Assembly (NCBI GenBank): GCA_021851335.1
Contig: JAJZEA010000005.1
Location: 10,132-74,131 of the forward strand
Length of the DNA stretch: 64,000 nucleotides
Direction of reading: 5' to 3'
DNA from: Acidobacteriota bacterium
GTDB lineage: Bacteria > Acidobacteriota > Terriglobia > Terriglobales > Acidobacteriaceae
The position numbers and the translations under genes were made by a program. Each line of letters starts with the position of its first letter. Positions within the stretch are counted from its first letter, which is position 1. The notes beneath the pieces were generated by a model. That model was given only the letters and a program-made list of their open reading frames with translations, made no database searches and had not been told where the DNA came from. Of the stretch, positions 1 through 8,348 are shown piece after piece.

Positions 1-366
1 GTGGGAGATCGCGACAAGATTTTTGCCGATCAACTGGGCGAAAGCAACCAGTCTCCCAGCGATAACGGGGTCAGCTCAGAGACCAAGCTCGGCATCACGG
101 TGCGCGAGGTCAGCCCGCAAATGGCCGACAAGATGGGAACGGGCGGCATGCTGGTTCTCACCGTTCGGCCCGGCAGCTTTGCCGACCAGCAGGGACTGGC
201 CCCGGGACTGGCCATTACGCGCATCAACAAGCAGCCTGTCGCAACGCGGTCACAGTTTGACAGCGTCGTCGCGGGCCTGCACTCCGGCCAGGATGTGGTC
301 TTTGAGGTGATGGATCCAAAGCATCCGGAAGACGGCATCAACGTCCTGGGCGGAACGCTGCCGTAA
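1..366 (+). CDS. C-terminal PDZ domain of a DegP/HtrA-family serine protease (5' part outside window)
   Basis: KLGITVREVS...GMLVLTVRPGSFADQQGLAPGLAITRINKQPV is a typical second PDZ domain of Do/DegQ proteases. Confidence 0.8.
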   Translation: MGDRDKIFADQLGESNQSPSDNGVSSETKLGITVREVSPQMADKMGTGGMLVLTVRPGSFADQQGLAPGLAITRINKQPVATRSQFDSVVAGLHSGQDVVFEVMDPKHPEDGINVLGGTLP

Positions 367-387
367 GCGCAAACCGGGCAGGAATCC

Positions 388-423
388 AGGGACGGTATGC
401 AGATTGCATGCCGTCCCTTTTTT
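388..423 (+). terminator. Rho-independent terminator
   Basis: agggacggtatgca-gat-tgcatgccgtccct stem followed by a T run, just after the stop codon. Confidence 0.85.
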
Positions 424-571
424 GTTTGTCGCAACTCAGATTCCCATCCATCCGAAAGCTCGCGAGTACAAAGAGGGAATAATTACTTGTCGCATCCGCC
501 GGGAATGACCTAAACTAGGATGAACGAGGCGAGAGATCCGCCACGACAGTTTCCATGAGGTATCCGCGCGG

Positions 572-1051
572 ATGAAGATTCGTTTCATGCACATTGGGAT
601 GATGATCTTCTCGCTTGAATGCATGTGCTTGTCCGCAATGGCCTCCGGAGCCAAGATTCACCACTCTCCCACGGCGCACCACCACGCAAAATCGAAGCAC
701 GTCCATCGCGTTACAACGCGCTCTCACCGAATGCACGGACAGCAGGCGATTGCACCTGAGCGAGCGACACAGATTCAGCAGGCGCTCATCCGGGAACACT
801 ACCTGACAGGTGACCCAAGCGGACAGTGGGATGCAGCAACACAGGCTGCAATGGTGAAGTTCCAGGCCGACAACGGCTGGCAGACCAAGCTTGCACCGGA
901 CTCAAGGGCGCTCATCAAGCTGGGGCTGGGACCGGACCATTCAGCCTCGATGAACGGAAATGAAACCGCCCACTCCGCCCAGCTACCCACGCCCGATCCT
1001 TCGGTCGATAGCGACTCCGGATTGATTGCAGCTTCTGGCGTCAATCACTGA
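572..1051 (+). CDS. Secreted peptidoglycan-binding domain protein with His/basic-rich linker
   Basis: Signal peptide; QIQQAL..HYLTGDPSGQWDAATQAAMVKFQADNGW resembles PG_binding_1. Confidence 0.75.
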   Translation: MKIRFMHIGMMIFSLECMCLSAMASGAKIHHSPTAHHHAKSKHVHRVTTRSHRMHGQQAIAPERATQIQQALIREHYLTGDPSGQWDAATQAAMVKFQADNGWQTKLAPDSRALIKLGLGPDHSASMNGNETAHSAQLPTPDPSVDSDSGLIAASGVNH

Positions 1052-1161
1052 GACCAGAACAAAATCAGAACCGCTGCACCCAGCGGATACGATGCCAGCC
1101 TGCATTCTTTCTTGAGAAAATATCACCTCGCGAGTTCACGGACTCGGATTCAAATTACGAA

Positions 1162-1533
1162 TCACAGACACCGCTCGACCGTCTCTGGCAGAGACGCTTC
1201 GGATGCTTCCATCGCATCGAAAAGCGGGTCGCTTGTGATTTGTATCGGCGAGCTGCCGCAGCGGATCAACCGCATCCATGGCCAGCGCACCCGCATAATG
1301 CGCGCCAATGACACCTGCTCGACCTCCGTCAGCGTTTCATCATAGACGGCTGCATCAAAGTACTGCGCTTCCGAATACATCTCCGCATGGCAGATGGATT
1401 CGGCATGTGTAATCGCATAGCCGTGCCCGTGGAGCGTACGCATCTTCCTCTCCACCGAGGCCGAGGGTGCCCCAACGACTAGAATGGATGATGCCCTCAC
1501 CGGAAGACGGTTTTTCGCGGCTTTCGTACGCAT
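1162..1533 (-). CDS. Hypothetical protein, degenerate CheY-like receiver fold
   Basis: SILVVG...GYAITHA...FDAAVYD...RVRWPWMRLI follows the receiver beta/alpha pattern; RBS-like agag upstream. Confidence 0.5.
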   Translation of the reverse strand: MRTKAAKNRLPVRASSILVVGAPSASVERKMRTLHGHGYAITHAESICHAEMYSEAQYFDAAVYDETLTEVEQVSLARIMRVRWPWMRLIRCGSSPIQITSDPLFDAMEASEASLPETVERCL

Positions 1534-1591
1534 GATACTCTCTATTGTCGCTGTTTTCAGATGCGCATGGTGCCTGAGTCAGCAATTCGGT

Positions 1592-3508
1592 TTAGGGAGA
1601 TGAAAGCGAGCCGGGCTGAATCGCGACCAGCCTGGAATCCGATGCGATTCCAGAGTGGAAATGCTGATAGATGGCCAGAGCCGTAGGCGCAGGCACCACC
1701 GCTTGAAGTGATTCGACAGTGGCCTCACGAACCTCTTTCAAACTGCCAAAGTGTGTGAGCAGACGTTGGCGAGTGCGTGCGCCGACGCCCGGAATCGTTA
1801 GCAGTTCAGAGTCGCGGTCGCGCATCTCGCGGCGCTTGCGATGATAGCCGATGGCGAAGCGATGGCTCTCATCGCGGATGCGCTGGATCAGATGCAGTAC
1901 CGGGGAACGGCGGTCGAGCACGATTGGCTCATCTTCCTGCCCGTATAGATAGAGGACTTCTTCTCGCTTGGCAATGGAAGCCAGCGGCTGCGTGGCCAAT
2001 CCCAGCGTCTGCAGCGCCTCTGCCGCAGCGTGAAGCTGGCCCAGACCGCCATCAATCAGCACCAGCGACGGCATCGGAGATGACTCGGCCTGCAGTCGGC
2101 TGTAGCGGCGGGTAACCACCTCGTGAATCGACGCAAAATCATCGACGCCACTAACGGTACGAATCTGGAATTTGCGAAAGTCAGCTTTCTTCATCGCGCC
2201 ATCTTCCCACACAACCATCGAGGCCACAGTCTCCGCCCCCTGAATGTGCGAGATGTCGAAGCACTCGATGCGGCGCGGCAGCTCCGGCAACATCAGTAGG
2301 TCGGCCAGCGTCTCCTGGATGGCCTGGCGAGACGGCTCCAGCACGCGGAAGCGCTGGACAAACGACTGCTTCGCGTTCTGGCAGGCAAGGTCGATGAGCG
2401 AACGCTTCTCGCCTCGTTGTGGCGCTGCAATCTCCACCTTGTGACCCGATTGCTCCCTGAGCAGCGAAGCCAGTGTCTCACGATCCGCAAAGTTGACGGG
2501 CAGCAGGATGGAGCGCGGCACGTAACGCTGATCGATGTAAAGCTGCTTGACCAATGCCGCAAAGAACCCAACGGCATCCAGAGAATCCGACTGTTGCTCG
2601 CGGCTTTCGGCTGGCTCAGCAGGCTGCTCATCGGCCGCTTCAAACTGCGGCAGTTCTTCCCAGAAGAATTCACGCCGGTCCACAATCTTGCCGTTGCGGA
2701 TGTGGAAGAGATTCACAGCCAGCAGTCCCTCCTCGACGTGATAGCCAAAGACATCCTGATCCTCATCGGAGGCTGAAGCGATGCGCTGCTTCTCATGCAA
2801 CTGGCGAATGGTTGCGATCTGATCGCGCAGCCGGGCAGCCCGTTCAAAGTGCTCCTGCTCAGCGGCTTCCATCATGCGTACGGTCAACTGGCGCTCGAGT
2901 TCGTCGCTTCGACCCTCCAGAAAAAGCTGCACATCGCGCACCGCGGCGGCATACTCCGGCGGTGTCGTCATTCCCTCCACGCATGGGCCAAGGCAGCGAT
3001 GAATGTAGTACTGAAGACAGGCGCGAGGATGGTACCGGTTCAGATCCACCTTGCAACTGGGAATCAAAAAGCAGCGATGAATGAGATCGACAACGCGATA
3101 GGCAAGACTGCCCGGAAAATACGGGCCGAAGTAGGCTCCACCGTCTTTGCGCAGGCGCCGCGTCACAAAGACTTTTGGATATCGGTCGCCCATCGTCAGC
3201 TTGACGTAAGGGTAGGTTTTGTCGTCGCGCAGCAGAATGTTGAACCGCGGCTTGCGCTGCTTGATCAGGTTATTTTCGAGAGCCAGCGCTTCCTGCTCGT
3301 TGGCTACCAGAATGTAGTCGAGATCGACGGCCTCGCGCATCAGCGTGCCGGTTTTGGCATTCGCCTGGCTCGCCTCCAGCAGATAGCTGCGCACACGTGC
3401 ACGCAGATTGCGAGCTTTGCCGACATAGATGACCTTGCCATCCGCATCCTTGTAGAGATAAACCCCGGGATCAGTGGGCAAGGTTCGGATTTTCTCGTAG
3501 AGGTCCAT
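1592..3508 (-). CDS. uvrC: Excinuclease ABC subunit C
   Basis: GIY-YIG (PGVYLYKD..VIYVGKA), RIECFDISH, LIDGGLGQ, RDESHRFA and C-terminal HhH; start moved to MDLYEK. Confidence 0.97.
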   Translation of the reverse strand: MDLYEKIRTLPTDPGVYLYKDADGKVIYVGKARNLRARVRSYLLEASQANAKTGTLMREAVDLDYILVANEQEALALENNLIKQRKPRFNILLRDDKTYPYVKLTMGDRYPKVFVTRRLRKDGGAYFGPYFPGSLAYRVVDLIHRCFLIPSCKVDLNRYHPRACLQYYIHRCLGPCVEGMTTPPEYAAAVRDVQLFLEGRSDELERQLTVRMMEAAEQEHFERAARLRDQIATIRQLHEKQRIASASDEDQDVFGYHVEEGLLAVNLFHIRNGKIVDRREFFWEELPQFEAADEQPAEPAESREQQSDSLDAVGFFAALVKQLYIDQRYVPRSILLPVNFADRETLASLLREQSGHKVEIAAPQRGEKRSLIDLACQNAKQSFVQRFRVLEPSRQAIQETLADLLMLPELPRRIECFDISHIQGAETVASMVVWEDGAMKKADFRKFQIRTVSGVDDFASIHEVVTRRYSRLQAESSPMPSLVLIDGGLGQLHAAAEALQTLGLATQPLASIAKREEVLYLYGQEDEPIVLDRRSPVLHLIQRIRDESHRFAIGYHRKRREMRDRDSELLTIPGVGARTRQRLLTHFGSLKEVREATVESLQAVVPAPTALAIYQHFHSGIASDSRLVAIQPGSLSSP

Positions 3509-3752
3509 GGCAGAAACCGAGTTCTGTGAAGATGGGGCTGCGCGTGCGCTACTCCCGATTTCCAGTGTATGCGCGGAGAGGCTGCGGAGTTGCATTCGAG
3601 CTTGCCGACACGAGACAAGGATAGAGAGCAAGGCGCTTGCGAGGCAGGCAAGAATTACGCGATGCGGTAAAAATTACTCGACCACAGACCCGGTAGCGCC
3701 GGTGAAAATTTGAATGTGATTGATTCCAATGGCTTTTCCGGAATATTCGGTT

Positions 3753-3768
3753 TGGCAGTGAGCTTGCA
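3753..3768 (+). promoter_or_regulatory. sigma54 (-24/-12) promoter of the OmpA-family gene
   Basis: TGGCAgtgagcTTGCA: GG and GC exactly 10 nt apart, about 70 nt upstream of the start. Confidence 0.7.
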
Positions 3769-3839
3769 TTCCTATTAAGCGTTCGTGAAGAAGCATACCG
3801 GGGACCGGGGAGTCGGCTCCTGGCAGAAAAGAGGACACC

Positions 3840-4565
3840 ATGAGGATTCGACCGATTCACATTGCAGTTTCCGCTTGCGCTTTGCTGAGCGTCACTGGAT
3901 GCGCGACCAAGAAATACGTGCGCAACCAGACCGCGCCCATTATCCAGCAGACGGATCAACTCGACCAGAAAACAGCGGAAAACAACCGCGCCATTCATGA
4001 TGTGGATAGCCGCGCACAAGCCGGCATCAGCAAGGCTCAGCAGGCTGCCGACACGGCCGGACAAAGCGCAAATGCGGCACAGCAGTCCGCAACCACCGCA
4101 ACCGGCGCGGCAAATGATGCTGTCCATCGCGCCGACTCGCTGGCTGGAGTGGTGGCCGGGCTGGACAACTACAAGCAGGTGGGCGACGTGACCGTGACCT
4201 TTGGCTTTGACAAGGCCACGCTGACCGCGAACGATCGCGCACAACTCGATAGCTTTGCCTCGAAGCTGAATGGCGCAACCGACTACATTCTGGAAGTAAC
4301 AGGTGGCACGGATTCGACCGGAAACGCGATGTACAACTACCAGTTGAGCCAGCGCCGAGCCGATGCCGTGGTGCAGTACCTTGCGTCAAAGTACCAGATT
4401 TCGCCGCGTCGCTTTTACCTGATCGGTATTGGCGAGGATAAGGCTCCTGGCGACAACCACACGCGCTCCGGCCGCGCCATGAATCGTCGCGTCACCGTGC
4501 AGATGCTGACCAACAGCACTGGCTCGAATGCGACAACCAATGGAAGCGCTGCCTCCGGTAACTGA
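3840..4565 (+). CDS. OmpA/Pal-family lipoprotein
   Basis: Lipobox VTGC, coiled-coil, then FGFDKA..GGTDSTG..NYQLSQRRA..NRRV OmpA C-terminal domain. Confidence 0.92.
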   Translation: MRIRPIHIAVSACALLSVTGCATKKYVRNQTAPIIQQTDQLDQKTAENNRAIHDVDSRAQAGISKAQQAADTAGQSANAAQQSATTATGAANDAVHRADSLAGVVAGLDNYKQVGDVTVTFGFDKATLTANDRAQLDSFASKLNGATDYILEVTGGTDSTGNAMYNYQLSQRRADAVVQYLASKYQISPRRFYLIGIGEDKAPGDNHTRSGRAMNRRVTVQMLTNSTGSNATTNGSAASGN

Positions 4566-4583
4566 TCGGATGCAGCTTTCCAG

Positions 4584-4630
4584 GGTCCGGATCGGACCTC
4601 CCCATTTCTGCACAATCACCGATCCGGACC
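4584..4630. repeat. 12-bp perfect inverted repeat downstream of ompA
   Basis: ggtccggatcgg (4584-4595) / ccgatccggacc (4619-4630); no T tract. Confidence 0.7.
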
Positions 4631-4769
4631 TGAATCAGCCGCCCGAAGCGAACCTCCCCCTCGCCTCGGGCGGCATTACATGCAGCAGCCGCGCGCCTTG
4701 CGCGCCACGAGCCTTGGTTGCGCTTCCGTTGGCCGTGGCGGTCGGAGGTAAAGCAGGACGGGAAATTCA

Positions 4770-4800
4770 AAAGCAGATTCCCTTCGGGAATGACAACAAG
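4770..4800. repeat. REP-like palindromic element (GCAGATTCCCTTCGGGAATGACAA)
   Basis: attccc-ttc-gggaat palindrome plus GACAA end; I recall this as a dispersed Acidobacteriaceae repeat, single copy here. Confidence 0.6.
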
Positions 4801-4973
4801 ACAACAGCGGCGACTACTACGAAAGAAATCAGCGTACAGAACCAGATGCGGTTGTGGCTCTCCCGATGGTCGCGTGTAACGCGAATACGCTCCCTCAGTT
4901 GATGTTATTTCCCGGCCCGCGCAGGCTATACATCCTTCCTCCTACCCGAGAGATCCACAATCCGCGCATGTCG

Positions 4974-5196
4974 CTACTTCCACCAGGAGTAGCCCGCAGA
5001 GAACTGAAGGCTCAGTTGATAGCCGGGATCGTTGTCGCCAAGGCCCGTGTTGGAGATGTGGATAATCTTAGGCCGAAGTCGAGTGTCTGATGAGATCGAA
5101 CATGGGTGTTCAGTCCATAACCAACTTGCGGCGTGAAGTTGATGACGCTAGTGTCTTCGATGGTCAGAAATTTGTGGTTGGTCCAGAGCAGCCCGG
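4974..5196 (-). pseudogene. 3' remnant of a PagL-like lipid A 3-O-deacylase (acyloxyacyl hydrolase)
   Basis: Hand translation gives GLLWTNHKFLTIEDTSVINFTPQVGYGL...DFGL, a frameshift, then IIHISNTGLGDNDPGYQLSLQFSAGYSWWK*; HISN motif and aromatic barrel end. Confidence 0.7.
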
Positions 5197-5475
5197 GTCA
5201 CACACTGCTCCAGGTCGGCGTTGAGCCATTCGTCCGGGTTAAGTTCCGGTGAACAACCGGGCAAGCAAAAGATCTGAATCTTGTCTTCATTTTCCTTCAG
5301 CCACTTCTTCATTTCTTTCGAGTAATACACCCGCAGGTTGTCCAGAATCAGAAAGACTAGCTTCTCGCGTCAAACCACAGCCGCTTCATGAAACCGATCA
5401 GGATCTTCGCATTCAGCGCGCCCGAGAAGACCTTCCAGCGCATCTGCCCTTGTTGGTCACAGTCGAAATCACAAG
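5190..5475 (-). mobile_element. IS630-family transposase remnant (frameshifted, truncated)
   Basis: VISTVTNKG / MRWKVFSGALNAKILIGFMKRL / KLVFLILDNLRVYYSK...LPGCSPELNPDEWLNADL across three frames. Confidence 0.85.
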
Positions 5476-5700
5476 ACGCAACTCCACGGCACGAGACGAC
5501 GCTCATTCAACACCATTCTCGGAAGATGATGCGACTCGGACTTCTCCATGCCCATAACATGCTTCAGACCCCTATAACGTCTCACGTATAAAAGCGGATC
5601 AGTAAGGTCATGACCTTTGGTAGCTACCGCGATGTTTCCCTGTCTCTCCGCATTTCAGGCTGAAATTCACGACAGTCCGACAATGGCTGCCATTTCCGCG

Positions 5701-8199
5701 TTACATAACCTCACCAGCGGTGATGAGTACGTGACGAGCGGACGCGTAGCGCGGCATTTTTTCATTGTCGAGATAATGAAACTGTTTGGCCGCGTACATT
5801 TTCTTGTCTGCTTCGGAGAGGAGATGTTCCGGCTGGCGTCCATCCTGCGGATAGAACGCCGCTCCAAGGCTCAGCGAAAGAATGTTTTCCCCGCAGACCT
5901 CGCGGCCAGCCCTTTGCGCCAGAGAACTCAGCAAGATCGCTCTCTCTTCCACGGAGTTCGGCGTCATGCCCGGAGCTACAATCACAAACTCGTCGCCTCC
6001 CATCCGCGCGGCGTAGTCGTAGTCACGGCAGACCTCTCGAAGGCTTGCGGAGAAACGCTGCAACACCTGATCGCCGGCCAGATGGCCATAACGATCGTTG
6101 ATCTGCTTGAACTCGTTCAAATCGCATACCAGCACGGCCAGACTCGAGCTTTCGCGTTTGCAGCGCGCCAGTTCGCGCTCCAGGTGGATCGACAACGCGC
6201 GCGCATTGGGCATGCCTGTCAGGAAGTCGTTGGTTGCTGATTTTTCCGCCTGACGATACTTCAGCGCATTCTCGATAAAGTGCGCCACTTTCGATGTGAT
6301 CACCTGCAGGACGCGAAGGTGGTCGCTGGTGAAGGCGTCCGGCTCGGACTGATAGAGCGCCAGCACACCCACCAATCCGGAGAAACCCTCCAACGGCACA
6401 GCCAGCCCGGATCGCAGCCCGGTCGTTGGCTTTCGATCTCGCACAAAGCCCATCTCGACATCCGGGTTGCCGTTCACGATTGGCAGCGCATTTTCCGCGA
6501 CCCATCCGCACAACCCTGTTCCCACAGGAATCTCCAACGAAGAGAGCAGCCGGAAGCAATCGCCGCTCACAAATTCAGGTTCGAGGACATCCCCCTTCTT
6601 CACGAACACCACGATGGAATCGTACGGAACCAGCTTGCGCAGTCGCATGGCCACGAGTGAGAGCGTTTCGTCCAGGCTCAGCGAGTCGCCCAGATCCTGG
6701 CTCAGCTCAAAAAGCGTGTGGGCCTCCTGACGGGCGGATGCAATCGAAGACAGGAAGTCCACCTGGCCACGAGCGAACGGATTGCTGTCCACGGCAAATC
6801 CGGCGGCTGGTCTTTCTCCGCGTTCCACCTTGAAGCCGACGCTGTGCTGGCTCATTCCTGTCGTTTCCAGGCTTTGAATCGCAGCCGCCTCCAGTTCACG
6901 ATACCGACGAGCAAGGATCGCGACCACCTTCGGATCATACGATTTACCGGACTCAGCCACAACCAGTTGGATCGCTTCATCCAACGGCAGAGCTTTCCGA
7001 TATTGACGGTCCGATGCCACCGCGTCCAGGCAATCCACCGCTGCCAGAATGCGCGCGCCGATAGGAATCTCTTCGCCCTTCAAGCCATCCGGATAACCGC
7101 TGCCATCCCACTTTTCATGATGCGACCGAACGATTGGCGAAACCGGATACGGAAACGACACTCGCTCCAGAATGTCGGCTCCCACGATTGGATGAATTTT
7201 CATCTTTTCAAACTCTTCCGGAGTCAGTCGGCCCGGCTTGTTGATGATGTGATCCGGCACCGCCAGCTTGCCGATGTCGTGCAACAGCGCGGCAGCGTTC
7301 AGCGCGTCCTGCTCCAGTGAATCCAAGTTCAGTTCTTTGGCGATTTCCGCCGCGTACACGCGCACACGATGCAGATGCTCGTGCGTGGTGTGATCCTTGG
7401 CGTCAATGGCCAGCGCCAGGCCTTCGATGGTGCGCATGTGAAGCGAGCAGACCTGCTCCACGTGAAGCTTTTCCGCCAGCACCTGTTGCTCTTCGACTTC
7501 GACGCGCTTTTTCTGCTCCTCCAGCCGACTCAGATACAGCAGATAGGAGCGATAAATGACATACATGATCGGCACAATCAGCAGAGAGTTTTGCCAGCCC
7601 GCATAGCGATTGCAATAGCTCATCACGCCCACCAGCGCAGCGCCCGCCAGGTTATACGGAAGCGACCAGAAGTAGGTTTCCTCCCAAAGCCCGCGCAGTG
7701 GTCGGCGCTCCGCCAGCGCAATCACAATGGCCAACGGCATCGTGTTGCTCAGATAGTAGGTGCAACCGGCAGCCAGCAGCAACAGCGGCATACTCTCTTT
7801 GAGATACTGCGCCGAGACGTGATACGCCATATAGGTGAGATAGACGCCGTTGCAACTCAGACTGAAAACATTGAAGAGTACCTTCAGCGCTTCCGGTCGT
7901 TGCTTGGTCTTCCACAGGCTTTGCACCAGCGCCGCGGAGCAGGCGATGACCAATGTCTCCGGAAGTGAAAGCTCCAGGACGCCAAGAAGCACAAAGAGAA
8001 ACGTTACGGAATGCGTGCTCTCGATGCCAGGTATTCTGACCTTCATCGTGGAAGCAAGAATCGAGATAACTAGATAGCATCCAAACTTCAACGGATTGCT
8101 GGAGTGCCAGTGCAGGAAAGACATTCCAAGCACGGTCGCTCCCACAATCGCAGTTGTGGCGACAAATATTCTTGCTTGAATCGGTACAGTGTCGCTCAT
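5701..8199 (-). CDS. Membrane-anchored HD-GYP + GAF + GGDEF c-di-GMP enzyme
   Basis: About 220-aa multi-TM N-terminus; LLHDIGK, HHEKWDGSGYPDGL; GAF; RDYD-x5-GGDEF; ggagg RBS. Confidence 0.93.
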   Translation of the reverse strand: MSDTVPIQARIFVATTAIVGATVLGMSFLHWHSSNPLKFGCYLVISILASTMKVRIPGIESTHSVTFLFVLLGVLELSLPETLVIACSAALVQSLWKTKQRPEALKVLFNVFSLSCNGVYLTYMAYHVSAQYLKESMPLLLLAAGCTYYLSNTMPLAIVIALAERRPLRGLWEETYFWSLPYNLAGAALVGVMSYCNRYAGWQNSLLIVPIMYVIYRSYLLYLSRLEEQKKRVEVEEQQVLAEKLHVEQVCSLHMRTIEGLALAIDAKDHTTHEHLHRVRVYAAEIAKELNLDSLEQDALNAAALLHDIGKLAVPDHIINKPGRLTPEEFEKMKIHPIVGADILERVSFPYPVSPIVRSHHEKWDGSGYPDGLKGEEIPIGARILAAVDCLDAVASDRQYRKALPLDEAIQLVVAESGKSYDPKVVAILARRYRELEAAAIQSLETTGMSQHSVGFKVERGERPAAGFAVDSNPFARGQVDFLSSIASARQEAHTLFELSQDLGDSLSLDETLSLVAMRLRKLVPYDSIVVFVKKGDVLEPEFVSGDCFRLLSSLEIPVGTGLCGWVAENALPIVNGNPDVEMGFVRDRKPTTGLRSGLAVPLEGFSGLVGVLALYQSEPDAFTSDHLRVLQVITSKVAHFIENALKYRQAEKSATNDFLTGMPNARALSIHLERELARCKRESSSLAVLVCDLNEFKQINDRYGHLAGDQVLQRFSASLREVCRDYDYAARMGGDEFVIVAPGMTPNSVEERAILLSSLAQRAGREVCGENILSLSLGAAFYPQDGRQPEHLLSEADKKMYAAKQFHYLDNEKMPRYASARHVLITAGEVM

Positions 8200-8282
8200 C
8201 GTTGCCCTCCAAACCAGAAATTCAGGAATTCAGTACCTCCGCGAGATTGCGTTTCAAGAGGAACAGTGCCTTAACTGCTCCG

Positions 8283-8325
8283 AGGGGCCTTTGCCGGAAA
8301 CAAATCCAATTCCGGCAAAAGCCCT
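8283..8325. other. Strong intergenic hairpin between the protease and HD-GYP-GGDEF genes
   Basis: gggcctttgccggaa / ttccggcaaaagccc; no U tract on the coding strand. Confidence 0.6.
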
Positions 8326-8348
8326 TGGAGCGTATTCGGCAATTTGAC

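Noticed and set aside
8261-8278. GGCAC-containing shared motif as a sigma54 promoter
   Set aside because: No GC at the -12 position 10 nt after GG in either copy
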